Origin: Octopus sinensis | Lineage: Eukaryota | Length of the DNA: 64,000 nucleotides | NCBI RefSeq assembly: GCF_006345805.1 | Contig: NW_021832227.1 | Coordinates: 372,001-436,000 of the forward strand | Direction of reading: 5' to 3' | Shown here: in pieces, positions 63,245 to 64,000 of the stretch | Layout: the number at the start of each line of letters is the position of its first letter | How positions within the stretch are numbered: position 1 is the stretch's first letter | The notes under the pieces: generated by a model | Databases searched by the model: none | Told to the model about the DNA's origin: nothing | The model's input: only the letters and a program-made list of their open reading frames with translations | Made by a program: the position numbers and the translations under genes

Positions 63245-64000
63245 TGCTTGACAAGTCACTCGATTCTAATAAATCACGAATTTATAAATTAATTCCCCTT
63301 GATTAAATTCGAGTGGCCCGTATAGAATAATTAATCATTCGAAAAGTCTTATATAGCAGAATGGTCAGAAATATCAATTAAATATTTACCTTTTTATTGG
63401 TATTAAAAAATGAAAAAGTAAGTCCAAACTAACATTTCTATCCCGAATCATCGTCAACTTGATCATTTTTTATAGAGCCAAAGTTGCCACAACGTATTCA
63501 TCAATGCCAGCTTAGTTTATAGTCCTGCATGCGCAACACTCAAAGAAACAATACCTACAGTTAGTTTTTTCCATTTTCCTCAATCGAATGCGAGTGATCT
63601 CAATTCTTCCAGGTCGTTCCCCGTCTTTAGATTTTTTCTCCCGCTATTTAGGTCTTTGTTTAAGTCAGTCGGAGTGTTGATCTAGGTCGTCCGCGGAAGG
63701 GTTAGTCGCAATTGTAGTTTTGGCATGTTTTATTTTAACAGAATTCAAATGCTATAAGAAACAAATGAACAGCAGACAAACGTGGTGAGCACATACAAAA
63801 CATCTGTAGGGTTTCATTTGGACAAACATTGAGTTGGGTTATATAGGGTCTCTCAACATTGTTAAGACTTCCTCCTTTTCTAAACACGGCATAACCGGAC
63901 ATTTCACCCACCTTTTCACCTTGCTGGCATCAATTACCTAACCATAAGTTACGCGACGTCGATTAGTCGCACAGGGTCGGCATAATGGGCTACTTGGTTA

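Overview
AT-rich animal genomic DNA with an intron-rich but miniaturised gene architecture. A complete cytoplasmic dynein-1 heavy chain gene (5359-20875, +) is split by about 73 introns of only 23-32 nt, four of them GC-AG. This fits a reduced parasitic animal such as a dicyemid or myxozoan (inference). Other host genes are a degenerate RABL3-like GTPase, a ZIP metal transporter, a Kelch propeller, a tetraspanin and an intact U2 snRNA. The rest is dense, deeply nested transposon DNA: Tc1, pogo, hAT, Merlin, Ginger-like TGT..ACA elements, CRE, R4/Dong-like, I-group and RTE-like LINEs, and a tRNA-derived SINE; most DNA-element boundaries are fixed by visible TIRs and target-site duplications. 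The most unusual signals are: (1) a 135-bp tandem array whose minus strand carries a ~55-nt box C/D RNA-like unit with a 14-nt guide antisense to the 28S rRNA peptidyl-transferase centre; (2) transposases carrying host-type microintrons, one apparently born by tandem duplication; (3) a TGT..ACA element carrying a telomere-like TTAGGG/TCAGGT array; (4) head-to-tail CRE insertions at one repeated 12-bp target; (5) an unassigned, strongly base-paired ~170-nt RNA candidate. All coordinates and intron calls were read by eye.
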